Shown here piece by piece: positions 17,237 through 25,900 of a stretch of 64,000 nt of DNA. The notes below the pieces were generated by a model. That model was not told where the DNA came from. It worked only from the letters and a program-made list of their open reading frames with translations, and did no database searches. The stretch's first letter is position 1. Every line of letters begins with the position of its first letter. Source of the DNA: an uncultured Clostridia bacterium (GTDB lineage: Bacteria; Bacillota; Clostridia; Oscillospirales; Ruminococcaceae); the NCBI GenBank assembly GCA_947589355.1, contig CANPZC010000011.1, positions 7,129-71,128 of the forward strand, read 5' to 3'. A program made the position numbers and the translations under genes.

Positions 17237-17275
17237 CTGGAAGAATATTCTGCCAGATACTTTCTTTTGGGAGAG
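17237..17275 (+). terminator. terminator-like hairpin plus T-run, an inverted copy of the palindrome module in the 215-bp units
   Basis: ctggaagaatattctgccag is the exact reverse complement of the 20-nt core ctggcagaatattcttccag found at 16828-16847 and 17043-17062. It is followed by ...TTTCTTTTGGG. Confidence 0.4.
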
Positions 17276-17468
17276 TTATGGGTGGGCTACTAGAAGCAAG
17301 AGGCAAGATGTTGGGAATTTTCACTTTGCACGGCGTTCCAGAATGGAACGCTGAAAGAGAGCTATGCGCTACAACAAGGGGAGGCTCAGCTATTAGAAGC
17401 AAGATAACTAGAGGCAAGATGTTAGATGAGCATTTTGAAAAATCTGCGCAAAGCTATAAAAAGCAATT

Positions 17469-17565
17469 TCTTGCTTCTTGCCTCTATCTGAACCACTGAA
17501 ATGGCAAGCACGCGCAAAATTCTCAAAACCGTTTCTAACCTCTAACTTCTCACCTCTAACCTCTA
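17469..17565. repeat. right arm of the ~97-nt imperfect inverted repeat
   Basis: See the left arm. The heptamers here are gtttcta acctcta acttctc acctcta acctcta. Confidence 0.75.
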
Positions 17566-17619
17566 ATAGCGAAAACTTTTATTTTCTTGACAAGACTTAA
17601 AACCTTTGCGTAAAGCTGC

Positions 17620-18807
17620 TTATTTCTTATAGCTTTCCGCAAGCGCCTTGAACGCAGGCAGCGAGTTTACTATTGTCTTCTCGTCCACGCAGTAGGATAT
17701 CCTCATATATCCCGGGCAGGCAAAGCCGTCGCCTGCAACAAGCAGCAGGTCGTATTCCTTAGCCTTTTCGCAAAACGCCACCGAATCTTCCTCCAGCGTC
17801 TTTACAAACAGATAAAACGCACCATCGGGCTTTACGCACTCATAACCAAGCTCAGTAAGCCCGTTATAGAGCAGATCGCGGTTTTTCTTGTATGCCGAAA
17901 TATCCGATACACAGTCAACGCATTTTGCTATGACCTGCTGGAACAGTGTCGGCGCGCACACATAGCCGAGAGCTCTTCCTGCGCCGCATACAGATGCGTA
18001 CACATTCTTGCTGTCGGTCACTTCATCGGGAACGACTATGTAGCCTATTCTCTCTCCCGGCAGCGACAGCGATTTGCTGTACGAATAGCACACCAGCGTG
18101 TTTTTGTAATACTTAGTGACATACGGCACTACGGTATCTTTATCGTAAACAAGCTCTCTGTAAGGCTCGTCCGTTATCAGGAAAAGCTCTTTGCCAAGCT
18201 GCTGCGACTTTCTGTTCATTATCTGAGCAACGGCTTTTATAGTTTCTTCAGAATACACAACACCTGAGGGGTTGTTAGGCGAGTTTATTATAACGCACTT
18301 AGTGTTTTCGTTTATGGCTTCTTCAAAAGCCTGCAAGTCGGGCTGAAAATCGGCTCTGGGCGGAACTATCTTAGCCTTGCCGCCCTGACCCTCTGCAAAC
18401 ACCACATATTCGGGGAAAAACGGCGCAAAAATTATAACTTCCTCACCCTGCAAAAGCAGCGCCCTCAGAGATATGCAAAGCGATGCAGCCGCGCCGCAGG
18501 TCATATATATGTTGTCGGCATTTATGTTTGTGCCGTGCAGTTTGTTTATATGCTCGGCTATTGTTTTTCTTACATTAGCATCGCCCTGTGCCGAGGAATA
18601 ACCATGCAGAATTATCGGGTCTTGCGTATCGAGCAGTTCTTTCACCGCTTCGTTTACCTCTTTCGGCGAGGGTATACTGGGGTTGCCAAGGCTGAAATCA
18701 TACACCTTGTCATCGCCCACTATCGCCTTTCTCATCTTGCCGTACTCAAACAGTTCTCTTATAACGCTGCGTTTTGTTCCCAGCGCCAGCATATCCTGTG
18801 GCAGCAT
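17620..18807 (-). CDS. pyridoxal-phosphate-dependent aminotransferase, class I/II (aspartate/alanine aminotransferase-like)
   Basis: It has the PLP-lysine context YSYSKSLSLPGERIGY and NPSNPSG-type motif INSPNNPSG. Length is 395 aa. Confidence 0.9.
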   Translation of the reverse strand: MLPQDMLALGTKRSVIRELFEYGKMRKAIVGDDKVYDFSLGNPSIPSPKEVNEAVKELLDTQDPIILHGYSSAQGDANVRKTIAEHINKLHGTNINADNIYMTCGAAASLCISLRALLLQGEEVIIFAPFFPEYVVFAEGQGGKAKIVPPRADFQPDLQAFEEAINENTKCVIINSPNNPSGVVYSEETIKAVAQIMNRKSQQLGKELFLITDEPYRELVYDKDTVVPYVTKYYKNTLVCYSYSKSLSLPGERIGYIVVPDEVTDSKNVYASVCGAGRALGYVCAPTLFQQVIAKCVDCVSDISAYKKNRDLLYNGLTELGYECVKPDGAFYLFVKTLEEDSVAFCEKAKEYDLLLVAGDGFACPGYMRISYCVDEKTIVNSLPAFKALAESYKK

Positions 18808-18852
18808 AAGTCATCTCTCCGTTTCAATATATTTGATATTATTTTACCATTT

Positions 18853-21099
18853 TTATTGTCCGCTGTCAACCGCGGCTTTTTTAAGTTTTGCCTTTCCGAA
18901 CATTTTATACTGCTCGTAAGCCTTGTTTCTTTCGTTTTCTTCGGGAGGCATCTTGCCGTAAAACGCCTTTTCAAAAGCAGCCGTAAGCGCCGAAATATCT
19001 ACGCCGTACTCACACAAAAGCGCGCAGACCTGCTCCGCTGTGTATGCCGAAAGATCTGTATCAAGCTTGCGTGACAGACGTTTTACCAGCCTTTTGTACA
19101 GCTTTCTTACTGCTTTTTCGCCATCGGCGCGCGATATATACACCCTGAACGCGCACTCTGCCACAGGTCTTCTGAATATCAGTATCAGTATGGCAGCAGC
19201 CGCCGCAATACCCAAAGCAATATAAAGCATTGTGCCGCCAAGCGTTCCTACTGTGCCGTCTTCTTCGGGAATGTTGTTCATAAGCTGTTCAAACCCTGCA
19301 ACGGTAGGTTCAAACACCACCCAGCCTACCGCAGGCAGATAAACTTCAACAAACGCATGACCGTTGCTGTCTCGCACCAGAAGCCTGTTTTTATAGCTGC
19401 TTTGAGCGTTTTGGCTGCCGCTCGGCGCAGAAATTTTTTCAAACGCTATATAGCCCTCGCAGTAGCGTGCTGTAAGCCCCACCGACCTTGCCATAAGCGT
19501 CATAGCCGTTGCAAAATCAGAGCATATACCGGTCTTGCTTTCAAAAAGAAAATACTCGATGCTCTCATCGTCGGGAGAATATGAAAGGTCATATACAAAC
19601 CCTGCCTGCGTAAAATACGCCTCCAGAGCCGCCGCCTTTTCATAGTCGGTAGTGCAGCCCTCGGTTATATCCTCGGCAAGCTCTCTTATCCTGTCGTCGT
19701 ACTCGTCAAATTCGCCGCTGTCAAGTTCTGCAGCAATGCTCCTGTCGTTGTTTGCATACTGATAGGTCTGTCCGATGAAGCCCTCTTCGCCGATATTTGC
19801 GCGATACCACTGCATCACCGCGTCCCATTCTTCCGTTGTCATGTTCAGTTTTTCAGCAAGCTGCCGCGCCGCAAAGTTGCTTTCATAGCTTGCCTCATAA
19901 GCGCCTATGGGTGTACGCCGTATCTCCCACTCACCGTTGCAGTAGTTGTTTGCTCTCTCCGGGTCGGGCAGCTCCATATAGTTCCAACTTGACCTGACGC
20001 TGAGTGTAAGCTCCGGCAGCGAAAGATATCTGAACATAAGATTTGAAACGGTAAACACCGAAAGGCTTTGCAGAGAATATTCCTTTTCAAAATCATCTAT
20101 TATTTCAAGCCTCTCCTTGTCGCCGATCTCCTCGCAGTAAGCTTTCAGTATCTCCAGCTTGTTAAGCACCGACATACCGCTTACAGTTTCCTGCGGATCA
20201 GTCCACACATAGTCGGCATCGTCATACTTTTCCTTACCGAAGCGCCAACTGTTATCCTCAAAATAGCTGAACGACTGTGTTTTAAGGTATACGGTATCTT
20301 CATTTGCACCGACAACAAACAATTCCTGCCCCGTGGGGTAAGTGTCGTGATCCCTCTCGGAAGTATCGGAAAGATCGATATCGTTCGGCACTTGTACCTC
20401 GTTTCCGAAAAAGCTCAGGCTGTTGAAAGCTTCCGAATCTTTTTCCTGAACTGATTCTATCTCGGGCTTCGGCATAAGAAACAGTATGCCCACTACCGCC
20501 GCGCCGAACACCGCAACCGATACCGCATACGACCTGTCGGGCACTACTTCTATGCCGCTGTCTGCGGCGGTCTGCCTGTTGTGTACCATTACCAGAAGAT
20601 ACAAAAGCAGTATCGCAGCAAGATAGCCGTTTGTCATAACATCAAGTCTTTTGGCATATATCGCAAACGGGAACAGCACCAGAAGCAGAGTAAAGATCCC
20701 TCTGTACCGCACCTGCGTAAAATAATACAGCGCCGAATAGAACAAAAATCCTCCGCCAAAAACAAGCGCATACAGATACATAGGAACATAGTCTGTCGCC
20801 AGATAAAACCACGAATTGAATTCTATACGGCTGCTCATATAGCCTGCATACACCATATTGAAAGTTACATACACAGCCGCAAAAAACATCAGCAGATATA
20901 TAATGCCGCTCAAAAATTTATGCTTTCTGTGATACAAAATATCAAGAATGGCAAACGAAGCCAGACCCTCGGCGGCAGAAAGCGCTGTAAGCGGTGCAAC
21001 GCCCGATGGTCGGTAGTCATATATGATAGACGACATTATTGCCACGCCAAGCAAAAGCGGCAGCAAAAATCGGCTCAGTTTGTCTTTCAGACTTTTCAT
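18853..21099 (-). CDS. transglutaminase-domain membrane protein (TgpA-like)
   Basis: It has a multi-TM N-terminus, the transglutaminase core GICSDFATAM...GHAFVEV, and a C-terminal TM segment. Confidence 0.85.
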   Translation of the reverse strand: MKSLKDKLSRFLLPLLLGVAIMSSIIYDYRPSGVAPLTALSAAEGLASFAILDILYHRKHKFLSGIIYLLMFFAAVYVTFNMVYAGYMSSRIEFNSWFYLATDYVPMYLYALVFGGGFLFYSALYYFTQVRYRGIFTLLLVLFPFAIYAKRLDVMTNGYLAAILLLYLLVMVHNRQTAADSGIEVVPDRSYAVSVAVFGAAVVGILFLMPKPEIESVQEKDSEAFNSLSFFGNEVQVPNDIDLSDTSERDHDTYPTGQELFVVGANEDTVYLKTQSFSYFEDNSWRFGKEKYDDADYVWTDPQETVSGMSVLNKLEILKAYCEEIGDKERLEIIDDFEKEYSLQSLSVFTVSNLMFRYLSLPELTLSVRSSWNYMELPDPERANNYCNGEWEIRRTPIGAYEASYESNFAARQLAEKLNMTTEEWDAVMQWYRANIGEEGFIGQTYQYANNDRSIAAELDSGEFDEYDDRIRELAEDITEGCTTDYEKAAALEAYFTQAGFVYDLSYSPDDESIEYFLFESKTGICSDFATAMTLMARSVGLTARYCEGYIAFEKISAPSGSQNAQSSYKNRLLVRDSNGHAFVEVYLPAVGWVVFEPTVAGFEQLMNNIPEEDGTVGTLGGTMLYIALGIAAAAAILILIFRRPVAECAFRVYISRADGEKAVRKLYKRLVKRLSRKLDTDLSAYTAEQVCALLCEYGVDISALTAAFEKAFYGKMPPEENERNKAYEQYKMFGKAKLKKAAVDSGQ

Positions 21100-21106
21100 A
21101 TCACGT

Positions 21107-22336
21107 TCACTTTATCCTTGTAAATTCTATATCACTGTTTACGCTGTAGCAGCAGTCGGTGTCCATATCGTCGGCATACTGAGCCGCGCCTACGGTATAT
21201 ACTTCGCACCCTGCCTGCCTCAGCTGCTCTACCCTTTGCGGCAGCGTGCCTTTTCTGTTTGTAAAATACATTATCACCCTGTGATGCCTGCTTTCAAGTT
21301 CATCGGTCGGCAGCGGAGAAATTTCTCCGTCAGGCTCATAGTCGGCAAGCGCAGACTGAAACCCCGTAAGTCCGCTCTCGTCGGTTATCTCATAGCACTG
21401 CCAACCGCCTTTCTGGCAGTAAACATCGCACCGAAGCCCCTGTTTGAGCATTATCGCCGCCATTGAAAGCGCCGCCTCGGTTATAATATCGCAGCTTTCG
21501 CTGAAACTGTCGCTGTCCTTTCTCTCATCGGAAAGTTCAAACAGTATGCCTTGGCTCATCGCCGCAAGTTTTTCATCAAGGCGTATCATGTAAATATCAC
21601 GCTTTGTGGAAAGCTTCCAGTTTATTCTTTTTATCGGGTCGCCGGGAACATACTCTCTATGCTCGTACCCGGGAACTCCGCTGCCTATAGTCGCAGATTC
21701 ATCGGTCTCTTCCGCGTTATCGTCATAAGCCGAGGCATCGCAGCATATCCGCAAAAGCTCATTTTGCTGATTTATCTCGTGTATCATAGGTATAATACCG
21801 AACCTGCAAACGCCGTCGCCCGATATCATAAGTTTTCCCACACGCGCTGTAAACACGCCCATATAGTCGATAATTTCGGGCATATTAAGTTTTACGCTCG
21901 CGGCGGTGCAGTATTTTGCAAGATACTTTACGCTGTAGCTTCTCTTTTTCTTTGAAAAGCCCATGGCTATCCTGAACCTTTCGGGCGTTATCGGCTCTAA
22001 GTTCCCCTGCGATGACAAACTTATCTCAATAAACGGCGTAGGCAGCCATGTTTTTTTAGAAACCGTAAATCCAACGTCCACGGTGTCGCCCTTGTTTACT
22101 ATCTCATTTCTCGATACGAAAGATATCTCCACCTGTTTAACAGTTACCCACGTCAAAACTGCTGATATAACCATTGCCAGCGCCAAAAGCAGAGCAACAT
22201 ACAGTCCCAGCCTGCCGTTCATAAGATAGCAAAACAGCGCCATTATGCCTATGCAAAGCAGCATACTGAAAAAGTGCTTCGGGTTTACCCTTATGCCGCT
22301 TTTTTGCTCTTTGTTTTTCTTTAGCTTTGCTGCCAC
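21107..22336 (-). CDS. DUF58 domain protein
   Basis: It has two N-terminal TM segments and the motif HREYVPGDPIKRINWKLSTK typical of DUF58. It sits between MoxR and the transglutaminase gene. Confidence 0.8.
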   Translation of the reverse strand: MAAKLKKNKEQKSGIRVNPKHFFSMLLCIGIMALFCYLMNGRLGLYVALLLALAMVISAVLTWVTVKQVEISFVSRNEIVNKGDTVDVGFTVSKKTWLPTPFIEISLSSQGNLEPITPERFRIAMGFSKKKRSYSVKYLAKYCTAASVKLNMPEIIDYMGVFTARVGKLMISGDGVCRFGIIPMIHEINQQNELLRICCDASAYDDNAEETDESATIGSGVPGYEHREYVPGDPIKRINWKLSTKRDIYMIRLDEKLAAMSQGILFELSDERKDSDSFSESCDIITEAALSMAAIMLKQGLRCDVYCQKGGWQCYEITDESGLTGFQSALADYEPDGEISPLPTDELESRHHRVIMYFTNRKGTLPQRVEQLRQAGCEVYTVGAAQYADDMDTDCCYSVNSDIEFTRIK

Positions 22337-22372
22337 CGCTGTTTCACCACCATTAGCTTACTTTACTTTTAT

Positions 22373-23302
22373 TTATCCTATCGGCACTTTCACGAATGAA
22401 GTAATATGCTTTATCGCATCTTCCTGCGATGCAAACTTTGATTTGCCCTTTGGCGAAAGTATCACCCTGTGCGCTAAAACGCTTACCGCCACCCTCTTTA
22501 TATCGTCGGGCGTTACAAAATCTCTGCCGTCAATAAAAGCTATCGCCTTTGACATTTTAAGAATGGCTATGCTGCCTCTCGGGCTTGCGCCGAGCATTAA
22601 AAATTCGTTGTTTCTCGTTGCCGTTACGAGCCGCAGTATGTAATCTCTCACCTCATCGGAAACGCGCACATTTTTTGCCTGCTCCTGAAGCCGCGCTATA
22701 TCTTCTACCGTACAGCAGCTTTCAAGTTTTGCAGCCTCCGTTCCCGTTTCCGAACGCGTAAGTATCTCAAGTTCGTCGCTCGCCTCGGGGTAGCCTATGC
22801 TTATCTTTATGATAAATCTGTCCATCTGCGCTTCGGGCAGGTGGTATGTGCCGTATGTTTCAACGGGGTTTTGCGTTGCAAGCGTCATAAACGGGTGGGG
22901 CAGCAAAAATGTCTTTCCGTCAAGGCTTATCTGGTGTTCCTCCATTACCTCCAAAAGGCTCGACTGCGCTTTAGGCGAGGCTCTGTTTATCTCGTCCGCC
23001 AGAAGAAAGTTGCACATAGCCGCGCCGCTGCGGTATTCAAGTTCGCCTGTGTCTTTGTTTATCATTGAAAATCCGACTATATCGGAGGGCATTATGTCGG
23101 GCGTGAGCTGTATTCTGTTAAAGCTGCCCTTTACCGACTTTGCAAGAGCAGAAACCAGCTGCGTTTTGCCCACTCCCGGCACGTCTTCAATAAGAACGTG
23201 GCCCTCGCACAGCATGGCGGCAATAACGTTCACTATAACATCTCTCTTGCCGACAATTACTTTTTCTATGTTCTCAACTATTTTCAGTATCTCAGCGTTC
23301 AT
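22373..23302 (-). CDS. MoxR-family AAA+ ATPase
   Basis: It has Walker A PGVGKT, Walker B LLADEINR and a MoxR-type C-terminus. The start is at M11, with GGAGG upstream. Confidence 0.9.
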   Translation of the reverse strand: MNAEILKIVENIEKVIVGKRDVIVNVIAAMLCEGHVLIEDVPGVGKTQLVSALAKSVKGSFNRIQLTPDIMPSDIVGFSMINKDTGELEYRSGAAMCNFLLADEINRASPKAQSSLLEVMEEHQISLDGKTFLLPHPFMTLATQNPVETYGTYHLPEAQMDRFIIKISIGYPEASDELEILTRSETGTEAAKLESCCTVEDIARLQEQAKNVRVSDEVRDYILRLVTATRNNEFLMLGASPRGSIAILKMSKAIAFIDGRDFVTPDDIKRVAVSVLAHRVILSPKGKSKFASQEDAIKHITSFVKVPIG

Positions 23303-23336
23303 ACAATGACCTCCGTGCAAATTTATATACAATTTA

Positions 23337-23365
23337 ATTATACATCATTTCTATATATATTGCAA
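23337..23365 (-). promoter_or_regulatory. SigA-type promoter for the MoxR-DUF58-transglutaminase operon
   Basis: On the minus strand: TTGCAA, 17 nt, TATAAT. Confidence 0.6.
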
Positions 23366-23368
23366 GTA

Positions 23369-23401
23369 CCAAAAACAAAAACCGCCCTGCGTACAGGACG
23401 G
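23369..23401 (-). terminator. Rho-independent terminator of typA
   Basis: The minus strand has the stem ccgtcctg/cagggcgg (one mismatch) followed by TTTTTGTTTTTGG. Confidence 0.6.
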
Positions 23402-23411
23402 TGATATATCT

Positions 23412-25232
23412 TTACTGCATCTTTGCTCTTTCCTTGGCTCTTAAAGTGTTGGAAAGCGTGCGTTTCCTTATCCTCAGCGACTTCGGCGTTACTTCCAGAA
23501 GTTCATCATCAGCGAGAAATTCAAGGCAGTCTTCCAGCGAAAGTATTCGTGGCGGTATCAGCCTTAAAGCATCATCACTGCCGCTTGCTCTCGTGTTGGT
23601 AAGGTGCTTTTTCTTGCACACGTTTACAACAAGGTCTTCAGCCTTTGGCGACGAACCCACTATCATGCCCTCATAAACCGGCACGCCTGCGCCTATGAAA
23701 AGTTCGCCGCGCTCCTGCGCATTATACAAACCGTAAGTGATAGCCTCGCCCGTTTCAAACGCCACAAGAGAGCCCGTCTTTCTTCTCGGTATATCGCCCA
23801 TATACGGCGCATACTTTGCAAACACCGAGCTCATTATTCCCTCGCCCTTGGTGTCGGTCAGAAACTCGCTTCGATAGCCGAACAGACCTCTTGACGGTAT
23901 CAGAAATTCCAGTCTCATTCTGCTGCCGACTGGTGTCATCTGCGTCATTTCGGCTTTTCTGCTGCCCAGCTTTTCCATTACCGAGCCGACGCAGTTTTCG
24001 GGAACGTCTATAACAAGCCGCTCTATCGGCTCGCACAGTTTGCCGTCTATCTCTTTGAGCAGTACGCGCGGTGTTGAAACGCCCATTTCATAGCCCTCGC
24101 GGCGCATACTTTCAATAAGTATAGAAAGATGCATCTCGCCTCTGCCTGCCACCTTGAAGCTGTCGGTGCTGTCGGTCTCCGTAACTCTGAGCGAAACGTC
24201 TTTCAAAAGCTCTTTGAAAAGCCTCTCTCTCAGCTGGCGAGATGTAACATACTTACCCTCTCTGCCTGCAAACGGAGAATCGTTTACCGAAAAGGTCATT
24301 TCAACTGTCGGTTCGCTTATCTTCACAAACGGCAGCGGCTCAAAGCTTCCGAACTCACATATCGTATCGCCTATGGTAATGCCGTCAATGCCGCTTATGC
24401 AGATTATATCCCCTGCCTTTGCGCTTTCAACAGGCACACGCTCCAGCCCCTCTATCTGATAGATAGTCACTATCTTTCCACGGTAGGGCTTTTTGCTCTC
24501 GTGGTAGTCGCCTATCGTCACTTCCTGATTTACCTTTATCTCGCCGCGCTCCACTCTGCCTATAGCTATTCTGCCTACATAGTCGTTATAGTCTATAGAA
24601 GAAACAAGCATCTGCATAGGGCCGTCGTTATCGGCTTCGGGCGCGGGTATATAAGAGAGTATCTCATCGAAAAGCGGAACTAAATCACTGCCCATGCTGT
24701 TTGGCGAAAGCGAAGCCGTGCCGTCTCTGCCCGAGCAGTAAAGTATCGGGCTGTCAAGCTGCTCGTCTGTTGCATCAAGATCCATAAGCAGCTCCAGCAC
24801 CTCGTCGCCTACCTCGTTAAGGCGCGAATCGGGTCTGTCTATCTTATTTATAACAACAATTACCTTATGACCCATTTCAAGCGCTTTTTGCAGCACAAAC
24901 CTTGTCTGCGGCATAGGGCCCTCGGCGGCATCAACCAGCAGTATAACGCCGTTCACCATTTTAAGTATTCTCTCTACCTCGCCGCCAAAGTCCGCGTGAC
25001 CCGGGGTATCAATTATATTTATCTTTACGTCCTTATAGACTATAGACGTATTTTTGGCAAGTATGGTTATACCTCTTTCGCGCTCTATATCGCCCGAGTC
25101 CATAACTCTTTCATCAACTGCCTGATTCTCTCTGAAAGTACCGCTCTGTTTGAGCATCTGGTCGACGAGCGTTGTTTTGCCATGGTCAACATGGGCAATT
25201 ATGGCGATATTTCTCAGGTCTTCTCTTTGCAT
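23412..25232 (-). CDS. typA: translational GTPase TypA/BipA
   Basis: Sequence [23 protein letters not shown] and NKIDR. The start is at M15 (MQREDLRN), with GGAGG upstream. Confidence 0.95.
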   Translation of the reverse strand: MQREDLRNIAIIAHVDHGKTTLVDQMLKQSGTFRENQAVDERVMDSGDIERERGITILAKNTSIVYKDVKINIIDTPGHADFGGEVERILKMVNGVILLVDAAEGPMPQTRFVLQKALEMGHKVIVVINKIDRPDSRLNEVGDEVLELLMDLDATDEQLDSPILYCSGRDGTASLSPNSMGSDLVPLFDEILSYIPAPEADNDGPMQMLVSSIDYNDYVGRIAIGRVERGEIKVNQEVTIGDYHESKKPYRGKIVTIYQIEGLERVPVESAKAGDIICISGIDGITIGDTICEFGSFEPLPFVKISEPTVEMTFSVNDSPFAGREGKYVTSRQLRERLFKELLKDVSLRVTETDSTDSFKVAGRGEMHLSILIESMRREGYEMGVSTPRVLLKEIDGKLCEPIERLVIDVPENCVGSVMEKLGSRKAEMTQMTPVGSRMRLEFLIPSRGLFGYRSEFLTDTKGEGIMSSVFAKYAPYMGDIPRRKTGSLVAFETGEAITYGLYNAQERGELFIGAGVPVYEGMIVGSSPKAEDLVVNVCKKKHLTNTRASGSDDALRLIPPRILSLEDCLEFLADDELLEVTPKSLRIRKRTLSNTLRAKERAKMQ

Positions 25233-25269
25233 ATATATTCCTCCGTTTTTACCTTTATCAATTTCAACA

Positions 25270-25310
25270 CACAAAAAGCAACGACAATTCCCATTACGAA
25301 AATTGTCGTT
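25270..25310 (-). terminator. Rho-independent terminator downstream of tRNA-Tyr
   Basis: The minus strand has a 9-10-bp stem aacgacaatt/aattgtcgtt followed by GCTTTTTGTG. Confidence 0.55.
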
Positions 25311-25332
25311 TCACGGTGACGTTTTACGTCAT

Positions 25333-25417
25333 TGGTGGGAGAGGACGGATTCGAACCATCGAAGCGAAAAGCAACAGATTTACAGTCTGCCCCCTTTGGC
25401 CACTCGGGAACTCTCCC
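25333..25417 (-). tRNA. tRNA-Tyr (GTA), long variable arm, encoded CCA
   Basis: The reverse complement reads GGGAGAGTTCCCGAGTGGCCAAAGGGGGCAGACTGTAAATCTGTTGCTTTTCGCTTCGATGGTTCGAATCCGTCCTCTCCCACCA. The cloverleaf folds and the anticodon loop is CTGTAAA. Confidence 0.9.
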
Positions 25418-25434
25418 ATTAGAGGTTAGATAAC

Positions 25435-25690
25435 TAGAAGCAAGAAGCAAGAAGATAGGCTAGAAATTAAAAGTTTGATAGTTTAGGTTAGGTTTGAGAT
25501 GTAAGAAGTTAGATGTTAGTAATCAGAAGTTTGATGTTCTAAACTAAAATCTGCCTTAGACCCTGCCCTGCTTTATGAAGCAAGAGATTTAGAAGCAAGA
25601 GGCAAGAAGATAGGCTAGAGATTAGAAGTTTGATAGGTAAGATAAGGTTTGAGATGTAAGAAGTTAGATGTTAGAAACCTTAGACCCCAC
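25435..25690. repeat. ~100-nt purine-rich direct repeat (2 copies, offset 155 nt) in the tRNA-Thr/tRNA-Tyr spacer
   Basis: The copy at 25435 reads TAGAAGCAAGAAGCAAGAAGATAGGCTAGAAATTAAAAGTTTGATAG...GAGATGTAAGAAGTTAGATGTTAG. The copy at 25590 reads TAGAAGCAAGAGGCAAGAAGATAGGCTAGAGATTAGAAGTTTGATAGG...GAGATGTAAGAAGTTAGATGTTAG. Confidence 0.8.
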
Positions 25691-25706
25691 CTTGCATAAG
25701 TGCTGC

Positions 25707-25782
25707 TGGAGCTGGTGGACGGACTTGAACCCCCGACCTGCTGATTACAAATCAGCTGCTCTACCGACTGAGCTACACCAGC
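25707..25782 (-). tRNA. tRNA-Thr (TGT), encoded CCA
   Basis: The reverse complement reads GCTGGTGTAGCTCAGTCGGTAGAGCAGCTGATTTGTAATCAGCAGGTCGGGGGTTCAAGTCCGTCCACCAGCTCCA. The anticodon loop is TTTGTAA. The T-stem shows one G-G mismatch. Confidence 0.85.
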
Positions 25783-25835
25783 ATTACAGCTAACAAGCCG
25801 CATCAAATCAGCCTCCGCTTAAACAAGCAAGGTAT

Positions 25836-25864
25836 ATTATAACACATTCAAAGCGACTTGTCAA
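25836..25864 (-). promoter_or_regulatory. consensus SigA promoter for the tRNA-Thr/tRNA-Tyr unit
   Basis: On the minus strand: TTGACA, 17 nt, TATAAT, with TGn extended -10. It lies about 47 nt upstream of tRNA-Thr. Confidence 0.7.
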
Positions 25865-25900
25865 GCACTTTTTTCAAAATTTTCTTATCTTGCGCGATTT

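Noticed and set aside
17278-17499. 73-aa ORF inside the inverted-repeat-flanked non-coding element
   Set aside because: It is built from the purine-rich repeat words. It has no RBS and no recognisable features.
25233-25274. Upstream-extended ORF starts in the track (typA 25274, tuf 46237, rpsG 48907, rpoB 57728, moxR 23332, nfeD 32387, cstA 28565, the 27134 gene at 26951, pgm 60551, pentapeptide 43243)
   Set aside because: In each case an internal start has a canonical N-terminus and a GGAGG-type RBS at proper spacing. The extensions are read-through of upstream non-coding sequence.
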